This document shows, one piece after another, positions 9,512-16,900 of a DNA stretch of 51,226 nucleotides; position 1 is the stretch's first letter; each line of letters starts with the position of its first letter. Made by a program: the position numbers and the translations under genes. The stretch is from the NCBI GenBank assembly GCA_964555255.1, contig CAZKRG010000001.1:1-51226 (forward strand), read 5' to 3'. The notes beneath the pieces are model-generated. The model searched no databases, was not told where the DNA came from, and was given only the letters and a program-made list of their open reading frames with translations. Origin of the DNA: an uncultured Candidatus Saccharibacteria bacterium. Lineage in GTDB: Bacteria > Patescibacteriota > Minisyncoccia > UBA6257 > 2-01-FULL-56-20.

Positions 9512-10351
9512 TTATGCAACAACTCCGAAATTGCCAAAATCTGGACTCATGAGCAGCGTATGTGGGGCAGCCACATCATGATGAGAAACATGTTCCTCCG
9601 CAAGAATCTCCTGCGCTAATCGCTCGTAGGCGAGCGCTCCCGCGGAATCGGGGCGGTAGAGTGCCACTGGTTTTGAAAAACTGGGGGCTTCAGCTAACGC
9701 TACGCTTCGCGGAATCTCGGTAATAAATACTTTGTGGGGAAAATTGGCGCGCAAGTTTGCGGCTACCTCTCGACTAAATCGCTCCCGAGTATTGAGCATG
9801 GTAACAAGCGCCCCGGCAACCTTGAGTGGATGTTTTAAGTGAGCACGAATCAGTTTCACCGTCTCAAGGAGCTGCCCGATCCCCTCCAAGCTGTAATACT
9901 CTGCTTGCACCGGAATAAGCACCTCATCCGATGCCACGAGGCCATTGACGGTGAGAAGACTCAAACTCGGAGGAAGATCAATCAACACATAATGATACTT
10001 GTGTCGCACCCGATGGAGAAATTTCCGCAGATATGACTCCCTTGCGGGAACATTCACGAGTTCCACGAGTGCCCCTGCAAGATGAGGCGCCGCGGGTACC
10101 AGCTGCAAATGGGTAAGAGTAGTGGCGCACGTCACTGCTTCCGGTGAAGTAAGTCCGAGCATCCCGTGATACACGCTCTTTTGTAATTTCATCGGCGAGG
10201 TTCCGAGCGCCGAACTTGCATTGCCTTGCGGATCAAAGTCCACGAGAAGCACCTTGCGTCCTAAAATTGCGAGATACGCGGCAAGGTTCACCGCGGTCGT
10301 GGTTTTCCCCACGCCCCCCTTCTGATTACAGATTGCGATCACCCGCGCCAT
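9512..10351 (-). CDS. parA: Chromosome partitioning ATPase ParA/Soj
   Basis: Deviant Walker A in MARVIAICNQKGGVGKTT. I place the start at the ATG at 10351 (MARVIA...). The longer ORF to 10423 adds a non-conserved extension that overlaps an inverted repeat. Confidence 0.9.
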   Translation of the reverse strand: MARVIAICNQKGGVGKTTTAVNLAAYLAILGRKVLLVDFDPQGNASSALGTSPMKLQKSVYHGMLGLTSPEAVTCATTLTHLQLVPAAPHLAGALVELVNVPARESYLRKFLHRVRHKYHYVLIDLPPSLSLLTVNGLVASDEVLIPVQAEYYSLEGIGQLLETVKLIRAHLKHPLKVAGALVTMLNTRERFSREVAANLRANFPHKVFITEIPRSVALAEAPSFSKPVALYRPDSAGALAYERLAQEILAEEHVSHHDVAAPHTLLMSPDFGNFGVVA

Positions 10352-10466
10352 ATGAGTTGATTTTACGGGATTTTTCGTCATAATCAACCCGGTAGTAGAA
10401 CTGCGAACAGAAAAATCAAACAATTCGCAGTTTCACTACCGGGTAAACCCGAAACTGTTAAAAGTT

Positions 10467-10599
10467 TCGAGGCCTCGCCGAGAATAGTATGCCGCGGTGG
10501 GCTGGATGTGAAGCATTCAGCGGGCACAAAAGTGCCCAGGGCCACCACCGCATACAGTTTTTTGCTCGAGGCTCAGCCGAGATGTATATGCCGCGGTGG
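10467..10599 (+). repeat. Direct duplication of the tRNA-Leu leader plus the first 10 nt of the tRNA
   Basis: tcgaggcctcgccgagaatagtatgccgcggtgg (10467-10500) versus tcgaggctcagccgagatgtatatgccgcggtgg (10566-10599). Confidence 0.8.
10491..10561 (+). ncRNA. Candidate ~65-nt structured RNA that starts with the tRNA-Leu 5' sequence
   Basis: Closing stem GCGGTGG/CCACCGC encloses two hairpins (GCTGGATG-TGAAG-CATTCAGC and GGGCAC-AAAA-GTGCCC). It ends ...CCGCA and is followed by a T6 run. Not a cloverleaf. Confidence 0.3.
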
Positions 10600-10673
10600 C
10601 GGAACTGGCAGACGCACAGGATTCAAAACCCTGCGATCGCAAGGTCATGTGGGTTCAACTCCCACCCGCGGCA
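10590..10673 (+). tRNA. tRNA-Leu (anticodon CAA)
   Basis: Acceptor GCCGCGG/CCGCGGC plus A73, loop TTCAAAA, long variable arm, T arm GTGGG-TTCAACT-CCCAC. CCA is not encoded. Confidence 0.9.
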
Positions 10674-10696
10674 CATTAACTCAATCATGTTTAATT

Positions 10697-10876
10697 CGCG
10701 GGTGGGAGTTGGACAAAGGGTGGGCTGGCCCGCCTCGCCGGAGCTCCAGCGATGCGAGAGGGAAGGCTATCGGATTCCCTCCGTGAAGGAAAACCGCGGA
10801 GCGGATGTGAAAAACCGTGGGTTTCTCAAGCGCAATCCCGAATACGTCGAGGGTGAGCAGTGAAACTCCCACCCGC
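10697..10876 (+). other. GC-rich ~180-nt structured non-coding segment closed by a 13-14-bp helix
   Basis: cgcgggtgggagtt (10697-10710) pairs with aaactcccacccgc (10863-10876). It can alternatively pair with the tRNA-Leu 3' end (10656-10670). Internal 7-bp stem GAGGGAA/TTCCCTC and others. ORFs in the track here lack any protein-like features. Confidence 0.35.
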
Positions 10877-10886
10877 AGAACATTAA
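10864..10886 (+). repeat. Second copy of the tRNA-Leu 3' end (att-like direct repeat)
   Basis: aactcccacccgcagaacattaa versus the tRNA 3' end and flank aactcccacccgcggcacattaa (10657-10679): 21/23 identical. Confidence 0.7.
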
Positions 10887-10895
10887 TCTAGCAAC

Positions 10896-11332
10896 TTACA
10901 GGTCACGGTCGGAACTTTCTCCTCCAACATAAGGCAAAATAAGAACTTGGTATTTAAAAACCAAATCATCACCTTCCCCATCGAAAATCCTTTTTTGACA
11001 GCAACCATAGGGAAAAATTGTTTGTCCATTCCATTCAAACGGAAAAGTATCCTTACCAAAGTCAGCATGATCGCGATGCCACTTTCCCTTTTTTGTATTA
11101 GTTCGAATAGTTTTCACAATGTAAGCAGCAAATTCAAGGGCAATGCCATTAAGCCCTTCCATGTTCTTTGTTTTGTGAAAGTCAACACTTACATCGTTAA
11201 GAATTTTCTCAACATTTTTGATCGATGAATGAGAAAATCCAATGTTAGTCCAAAACCACTCGCTATCTTAAGAGCGAGTTCGCAAAGGCAATTTTCAAGC
11301 ACTTCCTCAACTGGGTTAGTAGATTTGTCCAT
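10896..11332 (-). pseudogene. Frameshifted hypothetical gene in an AT-rich islet
   Basis: MDKSTNPVEEVLENCLCELALKIA... (ATG at 11332) stops after 47 codons. The +1 frame continues ...WFWTNIGFSHSSIKNVEKILNDVSVDFHKTKNMEGLNG...GGESSDRDL to 10896. No family recognised. Confidence 0.4.
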
Positions 11333-11335
11333 TTG

Positions 11336-11407
11336 TGCCGACGGGAGGAATCGGACCTCCGACCCGACGCTTATGAAACGTCTGCTCTGCCACTGAGCTA
11401 CGTCGGC
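11336..11407 (-). tRNA. tRNA with CAT anticodon (elongator Met or lysidine-dependent Ile2)
   Basis: GCCGACG TA GCTC AGTGGCA GAGC A GACGT TTCATAA GCGTC GGGTC GGAGG TCCGATT CCTCC CGTCGGC A. G1-C72 is paired. Confidence 0.85.
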
Positions 11408-11413
11408 AATCTG

Positions 11414-11485
11414 TTGCGGGGGCGGGAATTGAACCCACTACCTCAAGCTTATGGGGCTTGCGAGCAACCGTTGCTCCTCCCCGCG
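11414..11485 (-). tRNA. Initiator-type tRNA-fMet (CAT)
   Basis: CGCGGGG...CCCCGCA A gives the bacterial initiator C1/A72 mismatch. Anticodon arm CAAGC CCCATAA GCTTG, T arm GTGGG TTCAATT CCCGC. Confidence 0.8.
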
Positions 11486-11572
11486 GGAAAATTCTATAGT
11501 AAATACCTGAATTGTCAAAATCAGGGAAAATCCTAGCTTTTTTGATGTTCCGTCTTTTGCTCGAAAAGTCTA

Positions 11573-12463
11573 CTAATCTCTAATTCGGGACAGCCAAACC
11601 TTTCCTCCTGATCGTATATTGTTTTTTAGCTTCTCTACGAGCTGGGGGTCTAAATTGCAAGCCGTAAAGGAATTAAGGTCTGTGGGTTGTGGCACTTTCT
11701 CGCTATTGAATCCATTCTGTTCAAAAAAGCTATCGGCATCTGCTTCGCTCTTAAAGCCGTAATCGTCATATTTTTGTTTAGTAATATCTTCAACCCTTTT
11801 TATCTGTTGTGACCAAGAATCTGGAAGTATCTGTCTAATGGATTTCCTGCGTTCGGCGGATAGTGCTGGATCAGGCGTAATCCAAATGCCAACCCGATCC
11901 TTTAATAGTTCGCGCACAATTGTGGCTAAACGGTTCTTTTCGTCATCCGAGAGGTACGACATTAATCCTTCGTTATAAATAGCAAGAGGTCGTGCAGAAT
12001 CAGAAACCAGCTTTCGTAAGGCATCTAAATCTAAAGCGTTCGCAGAAGCAAATCGTAAGTTTGGACGAGCCATCGAAAGTTTTTTGAGAACATCTATTTT
12101 TGTGGCAACCATATCGGGCAGATCAGTTTCTATGTATTCGATTGATGGATATTGTAGAGATAAGTTTGTACCATGCAGTGAAAATCCAGAAGCCAATTCA
12201 AGAATCTGAGCCTCAGGATTTTCCTTTATAAAATCCACGATACACGATTCTCCGCCTTTATATCTGGCTTCCATTACAGGAACCATTAAAACTTTGCCGT
12301 ACATCTCAGATGTTTTCTTCTCTGCTTCCATCAGGTCAGCCATTTCGGAGGCAAGCGGTATGCTGTAGAAAGATCTAAAATAAATATGCCCAAAAGCAGT
12401 AGGGCTAATATTTTTAAACCCTCTTTTTTCAGTAGTATTTTCTTGATTAGGAGTATATTCCAT
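11573..12463 (-). CDS. Class I SAM-dependent methyltransferase (LCM/TcmP-like O-methyltransferase)
   Basis: 296 aa. ILELASGFSLHG (motif I-like), IETDLPDMV, AIYNEGLMSYL pattern as in leucine carboxyl/TcmP methyltransferases. AT-rich, atypical composition. Confidence 0.55.
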   Translation of the reverse strand: MEYTPNQENTTEKRGFKNISPTAFGHIYFRSFYSIPLASEMADLMEAEKKTSEMYGKVLMVPVMEARYKGGESCIVDFIKENPEAQILELASGFSLHGTNLSLQYPSIEYIETDLPDMVATKIDVLKKLSMARPNLRFASANALDLDALRKLVSDSARPLAIYNEGLMSYLSDDEKNRLATIVRELLKDRVGIWITPDPALSAERRKSIRQILPDSWSQQIKRVEDITKQKYDDYGFKSEADADSFFEQNGFNSEKVPQPTDLNSFTACNLDPQLVEKLKNNIRSGGKVWLSRIRD

Positions 12464-12516
12464 AAAAATATTATACGTCTTTTGACTGTTCTTATCAGTA
12501 ACCGACTACCCTGAAG

Positions 12517-13117
12517 TGCCCGCACTTTTGAATACGGTAGAATAGTAAGGAACCATAATAAAACAAGGCATTCCCCGTTCTCCGAGACCACTTCTCATCA
12601 CTTTTCTGCCTCGAAAACCGTGGAACGCCTTGTTCCTCATGAATATCATACTCCAGAAGTGGCGTTTCTTGAACGCCACGGTTCCTTGTGTCCCGAAGCA
12701 AATCAGAAAACTGTACGAATTTGGTTTGGGCATCATCGTCGACCGGAAGGGCGGCATGCCTGAGTCGTGGTTCCTGATCACGAATGATACGGCTTCCTCC
12801 CGAGACGAGATCATCGCCTGCTACTATCACCGTTTCGAGATCGAGGAGTTCTTCCGCGATGCAAAGCGGCTTCTTGACCTCGAATGGGTCACATGGAAAT
12901 CCGAGGCCAGTATTGCCGCCACGCTCTGGTTCGTGATCCTCGGCATCTGGTGCCTCCGGCATATCACGGATGGCATGGACGATCTCATGAAAGCGGCCCG
13001 CGGGAAAATGCGGCTCAGCGAAAGCCGGACGTGCTCGAAGCGCTCAAATCAGCGGCGCTTCAAGCTTCCGAAGGTGAATATGTACATTCTTACGATACAT
13101 GAAAAAAAGTGCGGGCA
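12517..13117. mobile_element. Truncated IS4-like element remnant bounded by a 13-bp inverted repeat
   Basis: tgcccgcactttt (12517-12529) and aaaagtgcgggca (13105-13117) flank a C-terminal transposase fragment. Confidence 0.6.
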
Positions 13118-13157
13118 TTTTAGCATAGCCAACGTCGGGCTTTTTCTTTTTTCCTGA
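12630..13157 (+). pseudogene. DDE transposase C-terminal fragment (IS4-like)
   Basis: Contains YYHRFEIEEFFRDAKRLL, the Y-x2-R-x3-E-x6-K signature of IS4-type transposases. The N-terminal two-thirds is missing. Confidence 0.65.
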
Positions 13158-13177
13158 CTTGCATTACAATCACGGCA

Positions 13178-13474
13178 ATGGCAACTCCGCTCGACAAAAA
13201 AACGTTAGAACATCTCGCTGCACTTGCGCGAATACAATTAGGAGAAAAAGAAGAAGAAAAACTCCTCCGCGATCTTCAAGGGATTCTTGCGCACATCGAA
13301 TCCCTGAACACACTCGACACTAAAAATGTGGCACCTCTCACCGGCGGCACAGAACTTCAAAACATATTCCGCGGTGACACCGACCACCAAAACACCAACC
13401 AAGGAGCGGGAACGGAAAGTTTTCCTGAACAACAAGAAAAATATCTCAAAGTTCCCCCAGTATTTGAAAAATAA
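13178..13474 (+). CDS. gatC: Asp/Glu-tRNA amidotransferase subunit C
   Basis: 98 aa. LEHLAALARIQLGEKEEEKLLRDLQGILAHIESLNTLDT. Immediately precedes gatA. Confidence 0.9.
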   Translation: MATPLDKKTLEHLAALARIQLGEKEEEKLLRDLQGILAHIESLNTLDTKNVAPLTGGTELQNIFRGDTDHQNTNQGAGTESFPEQQEKYLKVPPVFEK

Positions 13475-13475
13475 T

Positions 13476-14945
13476 ATGGAACTCTCCTCGCTTACAATCA
13501 AAAAAGTCCACGAAGGGTTACTGAATAAAGAGTTTTCGGCATTGGAACTGACCCAAGCCCACCTTGATGCTATTCGAGCAACGGACACAACCATCAAAGC
13601 GTTCCTCCATATTCGTGAAGAGGCAGCGTTGTGCGAAGCCGAAGCAGTAGATCTCGCAATCGCAAATGAAGAAGAAATTGCTCCTTTAGCAGGCATCCCG
13701 CTCGCCATCAAAGACAATATACTCTTCAAAGGAGAAGTAACCACTGCGGCTTCGAAAATCCTCGAAACCCACGTGGGAAGCTATGACGCCACGGTGATAC
13801 AAAAACTAAAAAAGCAGCATGCGGTGTTTCTTGGAAAAACAAACATGGATGATTCGGCTATGGGTTCGTCCACGGAAAACTCGGCATTCCAAATCACAAA
13901 AAATCCCCATGACTACTCACGCGTGCCCGGAGGAAGTTCCGGAGGCTCCGCAGCCGCAGTCGCGGGACACATGGCAGTGGGCGCATTAGGATCAGATACC
14001 GGCGGCTCGATTCGCCAACCCGCAGCCTTCTGCGGCGTGGTCGGTTTCAAACCCACCTATGGCGCCGTCTCTCGCTCGGGACTCATCGCGATGGCATCGA
14101 GCTTGGAACAAATCGGTCCTCTTACGAAAACCGTAGAAGATGCGGCGATCCTTTTTGATGCTATTCGAGGAAAAGATTCGCTCGACGCTACAAGTACCGA
14201 TATTGAAAACGAGGAACGTTACCACGAGGAACTTCTCTCCCCTCGCCAAGAAAAAATAAGAAAACTCCGTGTGGGATTGCCAAAGGAATATTTTAAAGAG
14301 GGACTATCCAAAGAAGTAGCAGAGGCAGTAGAAAAAACGATTGCAAAAATAAAAAAGCTTGGGCTCACCATAGAAGAAGTTTCCCTTCCCCACACTTCTT
14401 ACGCTATCCCGTCATATTACATTATCGTTCCCGCGGAAGTTTCCTCTAATCTTGCTCGCTACGACGGCATTCGTTGGCAAGGAGTAAAAAATAAAGTGGA
14501 AGAAAAAGGCTTATCCGAGAAATACCTTCGCACTCGCGGAGAAGGGTTCGGTCCAGAACCCAAACGGCGCATCATCCTCGGCACGTTTGTACTTTCCTCC
14601 GGTTATTACGATGCGTACTACGACAAAGCCCAACGCGTACGCGCATTGATTAAACAGGATTTTGAAAACGCCTTCGAAAAAGTAGACATACTCCTTACTC
14701 CGGTCACCCCCACGCTTCCCTTCAAAATCGGAGAAAAGGTAAGCGACCCTCTCGCAATGTATCTCGAAGATATCTTCACCGTACCAATAAATCTTGCCGG
14801 CCTCCCCGGACTCTCATTGCCCGTAGAAAATCACACATGCGAACCAATTTCGGGGAAATTACCTATCGGGTTTCAGCTCATCGGTAAACCCTTCCACGAA
14901 CCCGATATCTTAGGGCTAGGCCGTCTTTACGAAAACTCGCAATAG
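13476..14945 (+). CDS. gatA: Asp/Glu-tRNA amidotransferase subunit A
   Basis: Amidase signature GGSSGGSAAAVA and GSDTGGSIRQPAAFCG. Start set at the ATG at 13476 (MELSSLTIKK), 1 nt after the gatC stop, not at the longer ORF start 13326. Confidence 0.95.
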   Translation: MELSSLTIKKVHEGLLNKEFSALELTQAHLDAIRATDTTIKAFLHIREEAALCEAEAVDLAIANEEEIAPLAGIPLAIKDNILFKGEVTTAASKILETHVGSYDATVIQKLKKQHAVFLGKTNMDDSAMGSSTENSAFQITKNPHDYSRVPGGSSGGSAAAVAGHMAVGALGSDTGGSIRQPAAFCGVVGFKPTYGAVSRSGLIAMASSLEQIGPLTKTVEDAAILFDAIRGKDSLDATSTDIENEERYHEELLSPRQEKIRKLRVGLPKEYFKEGLSKEVAEAVEKTIAKIKKLGLTIEEVSLPHTSYAIPSYYIIVPAEVSSNLARYDGIRWQGVKNKVEEKGLSEKYLRTRGEGFGPEPKRRIILGTFVLSSGYYDAYYDKAQRVRALIKQDFENAFEKVDILLTPVTPTLPFKIGEKVSDPLAMYLEDIFTVPINLAGLPGLSLPVENHTCEPISGKLPIGFQLIGKPFHEPDILGLGRLYENSQ

Positions 14946-14946
14946 A

Positions 14947-15282
14947 ATGGATCCCATAGCAAAGAATCTTTCTCCCGGAGATAAATCGCAAACTTTCTTA
15001 GATGGAAGTAAACGATCTGTAGTTATCCTTGATTCTATAATAATCGGCCGAGGAGAATACCTGCCGGGGTGGAAATGGTCCTTACATGTTGGAAAGCAAA
15101 CAAACAAACCCTCTGCAGCTCACACTGGGTACATTCTTTCGGGTCATATGACAATCAAAAGTGCAGATGGCCTCCAAATCGATATAGGACCTGGAGATGC
15201 ATTTGAAGTGCTACCCGGACATGATGCATGGGTAACTGGCAATGAGACCTGCGTTGCGCTCGATTTCGAGAACCTGAAGTAG
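14947..15282 (+). CDS. Cupin-domain protein
   Basis: 111 aa. GYILSGHMTI...GPGDAFEVLPGHDAWVTGNE fits a cupin beta-barrel pattern. Confidence 0.65.
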   Translation: MDPIAKNLSPGDKSQTFLDGSKRSVVILDSIIIGRGEYLPGWKWSLHVGKQTNKPSAAHTGYILSGHMTIKSADGLQIDIGPGDAFEVLPGHDAWVTGNETCVALDFENLK

Positions 15283-15342
15283 TCGAAATAGCCATTACGT
15301 ACCCTTGATTTTTCAACGGTTTTCTTTTGTGGATAACTGGTT

Positions 15343-15370
15343 TTGACGCACCTTGTCAAAAAAGTATCAT
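15343..15370 (+). promoter_or_regulatory. Sigma70-like promoter candidate
   Basis: TTGACG, 16 nt, TATCAT. The 8-nt direct repeat gcaccttg occurs at 15348 and 15377, flanking the -10. Confidence 0.4.
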
Positions 15371-15376
15371 TATGAG

Positions 15377-15556
15377 GCACCTTGCAAATACCCATATGAG
15401 CGCGGACTGGAGTCTGTTTTAAGGAATTCCACAAGATTTCTTAAAACAGACTCTTAGTAGCCCGCACCCTCTAATAACTCTCCCGCGTAGCGGGAACAAT
15501 CAGAAAACCGAACCCTCAGCAATATATTTTTTATGCAGAGGGCGGTTTTATTTTTT
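15377..15556 (+). ncRNA. Candidate ~180-nt small RNA (promoter to intrinsic terminator, no credible ORF)
   Basis: Perfect 14-bp hairpin gagtctgttttaag/cttaaaacagactc (15410-15453), hairpin tcccgc-gta-gcggga, and a terminator stem aaaaccg(aa)ccctc...gagggcggtttt followed by ATTTTTT (15504-15556). Confidence 0.35.
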
Positions 15557-15677
15557 GAGTACCATCACTCCGTCGTCTTCCCCTCGAAATGTTCTCCTTC
15601 GTCTTTTTCTGCGTCCGCTTTCGTCACGTGCATCACCCCGTCCCAATGATTCGGTGGCGCATACACCGTATACAATT

Positions 15678-16672
15678 TCATGGGTAAGGGAACTTTCGTG
15701 TTGGTTTTTCTCTCATCGGCCGCTTCAAATTTGAGAGGACAATCGATACGAGCGTTTTCTTTTGAATAAGAGTCAATCCCCGGTGCCTGCCCAGACCTTC
15801 GGCGATGGCGGTATTCACCCAGCCTTCCACAAGGTTCGTGGTATTGGGGCACCCCCCGGAACGTCAAGATAGGTGAAAAGACTCGGCAGTGATCGCCGCA
15901 TCACGGTGCTTACGCTCCGCAGCTTCCGATACCGATATCCGCCCGACTCGGTTTTCTCATTGAATACCTTTTCGTATTGATGTTCCCAGATACGGTAGAG
16001 GAGAAGCCAATGACGCTTCTCCTCATGGGGAGCGATCATTTTCAAACGATGTGCAAGGTCGAGCACCTCGCGCCCGGCCTGCTCTTTGGGGTTGCGCGAA
16101 AGATAGTGCGTCACGAGCAGTACCATGTGAAAATGGCACCGCTGGAAGGCAGTACCCGGCCAATGGCGTTTGACAAAGTGCCACATACCTTTGTGGCCGT
16201 CTGCGACCACAATCTTTGGCTGCGAAAATTGCCTGAGGAACTTCCCCAGGTGCCGTATCGTTCCTCGGGAGCGAATTGCCAGAAGATACGGCCTCCTCAG
16301 TCACCGCGATAAGGACGCAGAGCACCCGATGGATGGTGGATGTATTTTGCATCCACGATGAGGAGATCAATCTTCAGAATAGCGGGATTGGAGGACTCTC
16401 GACTGGTTCCAGGAAAAACCTCTGAATTCTTTCGTGAGTGCGCGGCGGCTCACGCCATAGCGCTTTGCGATGTCCGTCTTGCTCTGTACGCCGGTGAGCC
16501 AAGTGACGAAGCGATCCCGATCATGGCGGAGACGTGTATCCTGGCGATGGAGAGTGCTTGAGCGGCAGCACCGCGGGCATCGATACCGCTCCGTTCCCGC
16601 TGCCGTCCGGCCCCATTTCTGCATCTCCTTCCCGCATTGCACACAGTGTTTGTTATGCATGCAAACAGACAA
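15678..16672 (-). pseudogene. DDE transposase, multiply frameshifted (N-terminal Zn-ribbon plus HTH; IS256/Mutator-like core)
   Basis: ORF 16672-16367 has CxxC...CxxC plus an HTH. Catalytic-core pieces LIVDAKYI, VLCVLIAVTEE, IVVADGHKGMW...FQRCHFH and PNTTNLVEGW lie in different frames. One shift is at a G6 run. The stop falls at the left IR. Family assignment uncertain. Confidence 0.65.
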
Positions 16673-16777
16673 ATCGATGTTTATTTGCAGATCAAGGCAG
16701 GCGAAAAAGCTTGATGCTATCGAGCGTTTTCGTCTGCCCGTCGATCAGAAAACCAACACGAAAGTTCCCTTAACCCA
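15681..16777 (-). mobile_element. ~1.1-kb insertion sequence with intact terminal inverted repeats
   Basis: Perfect 24-bp IRs taagggaactttcgtgttggtttt (15685-15708) and aaaaccaacacgaaagttccctta (16749-16772), extendable to about 28 bp with one indel. They enclose a Zn-ribbon/HTH ORF and DDE transposase fragments. Confidence 0.8.
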
Positions 16778-16786
16778 ACAAAGACT

Positions 16787-16824
16787 GCCGCCACGTTTTC
16801 GAACATGGCGGCGGTTCTTTTTTT
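16787..16824 (+). terminator. Intrinsic terminator-like hairpin
   Basis: gccgccacg-ttttcgaa-catggcggc followed by ggttcttttttt. Confidence 0.5.
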
Positions 16825-16900
16825 GCGAGCATTTGAACCGGCAAAACTCCACATTCCACAAGGACAAAACGAGGTTTTGGCCTCAATAAGTCCCGACTTG

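Noticed and set aside
10388-10443. 18/20 inverted repeat upstream of parA as a parS site
   Set aside because: It contains a GTTTCAC half-site, but not the contiguous 16-bp TGTTTCACGTGAAACA-type palindrome, and the arms are separated by 16 nt. It may be a regulatory hairpin, but I cannot support a parS call.
10489-10863. 124-aa and 92-aa plus-strand ORFs across the tRNA-Leu region
   Set aside because: They read straight through a tRNA gene and GC-rich stem-loops. They are Arg/Gly/Pro-rich with no start context, so they are artefacts of GC-rich structured DNA.
10491-10876. Assigning the structured segments flanking tRNA-Leu to SRP RNA, RNase P RNA, tmRNA, 6S RNA or a cobalamin/other riboswitch
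   Set aside because: There is no GGAAGCAGC-type SRP domain IV motif, no GAGGAAAGTCC P4 sequence, no tmRNA ends and no B12 box. The partial resemblances (AAACTCC-ACCCG, GGGAAGGC) are too short to count. Left unassigned.
16290-16366. Two in-frame TGA codons linking the IS Zn-ribbon ORF to the transposase core, as possible UGA recoding (genetic code 25)
   Set aside because: Many well-supported genes here terminate at TGA with correct lengths (for example the pilN/pilO ATGA overlap and the 19879-20886 pseudopilin). The peptide between the two TGAs is not transposase-like, and the conserved pieces lie in other frames. The standard code with a decayed gene explains it better.
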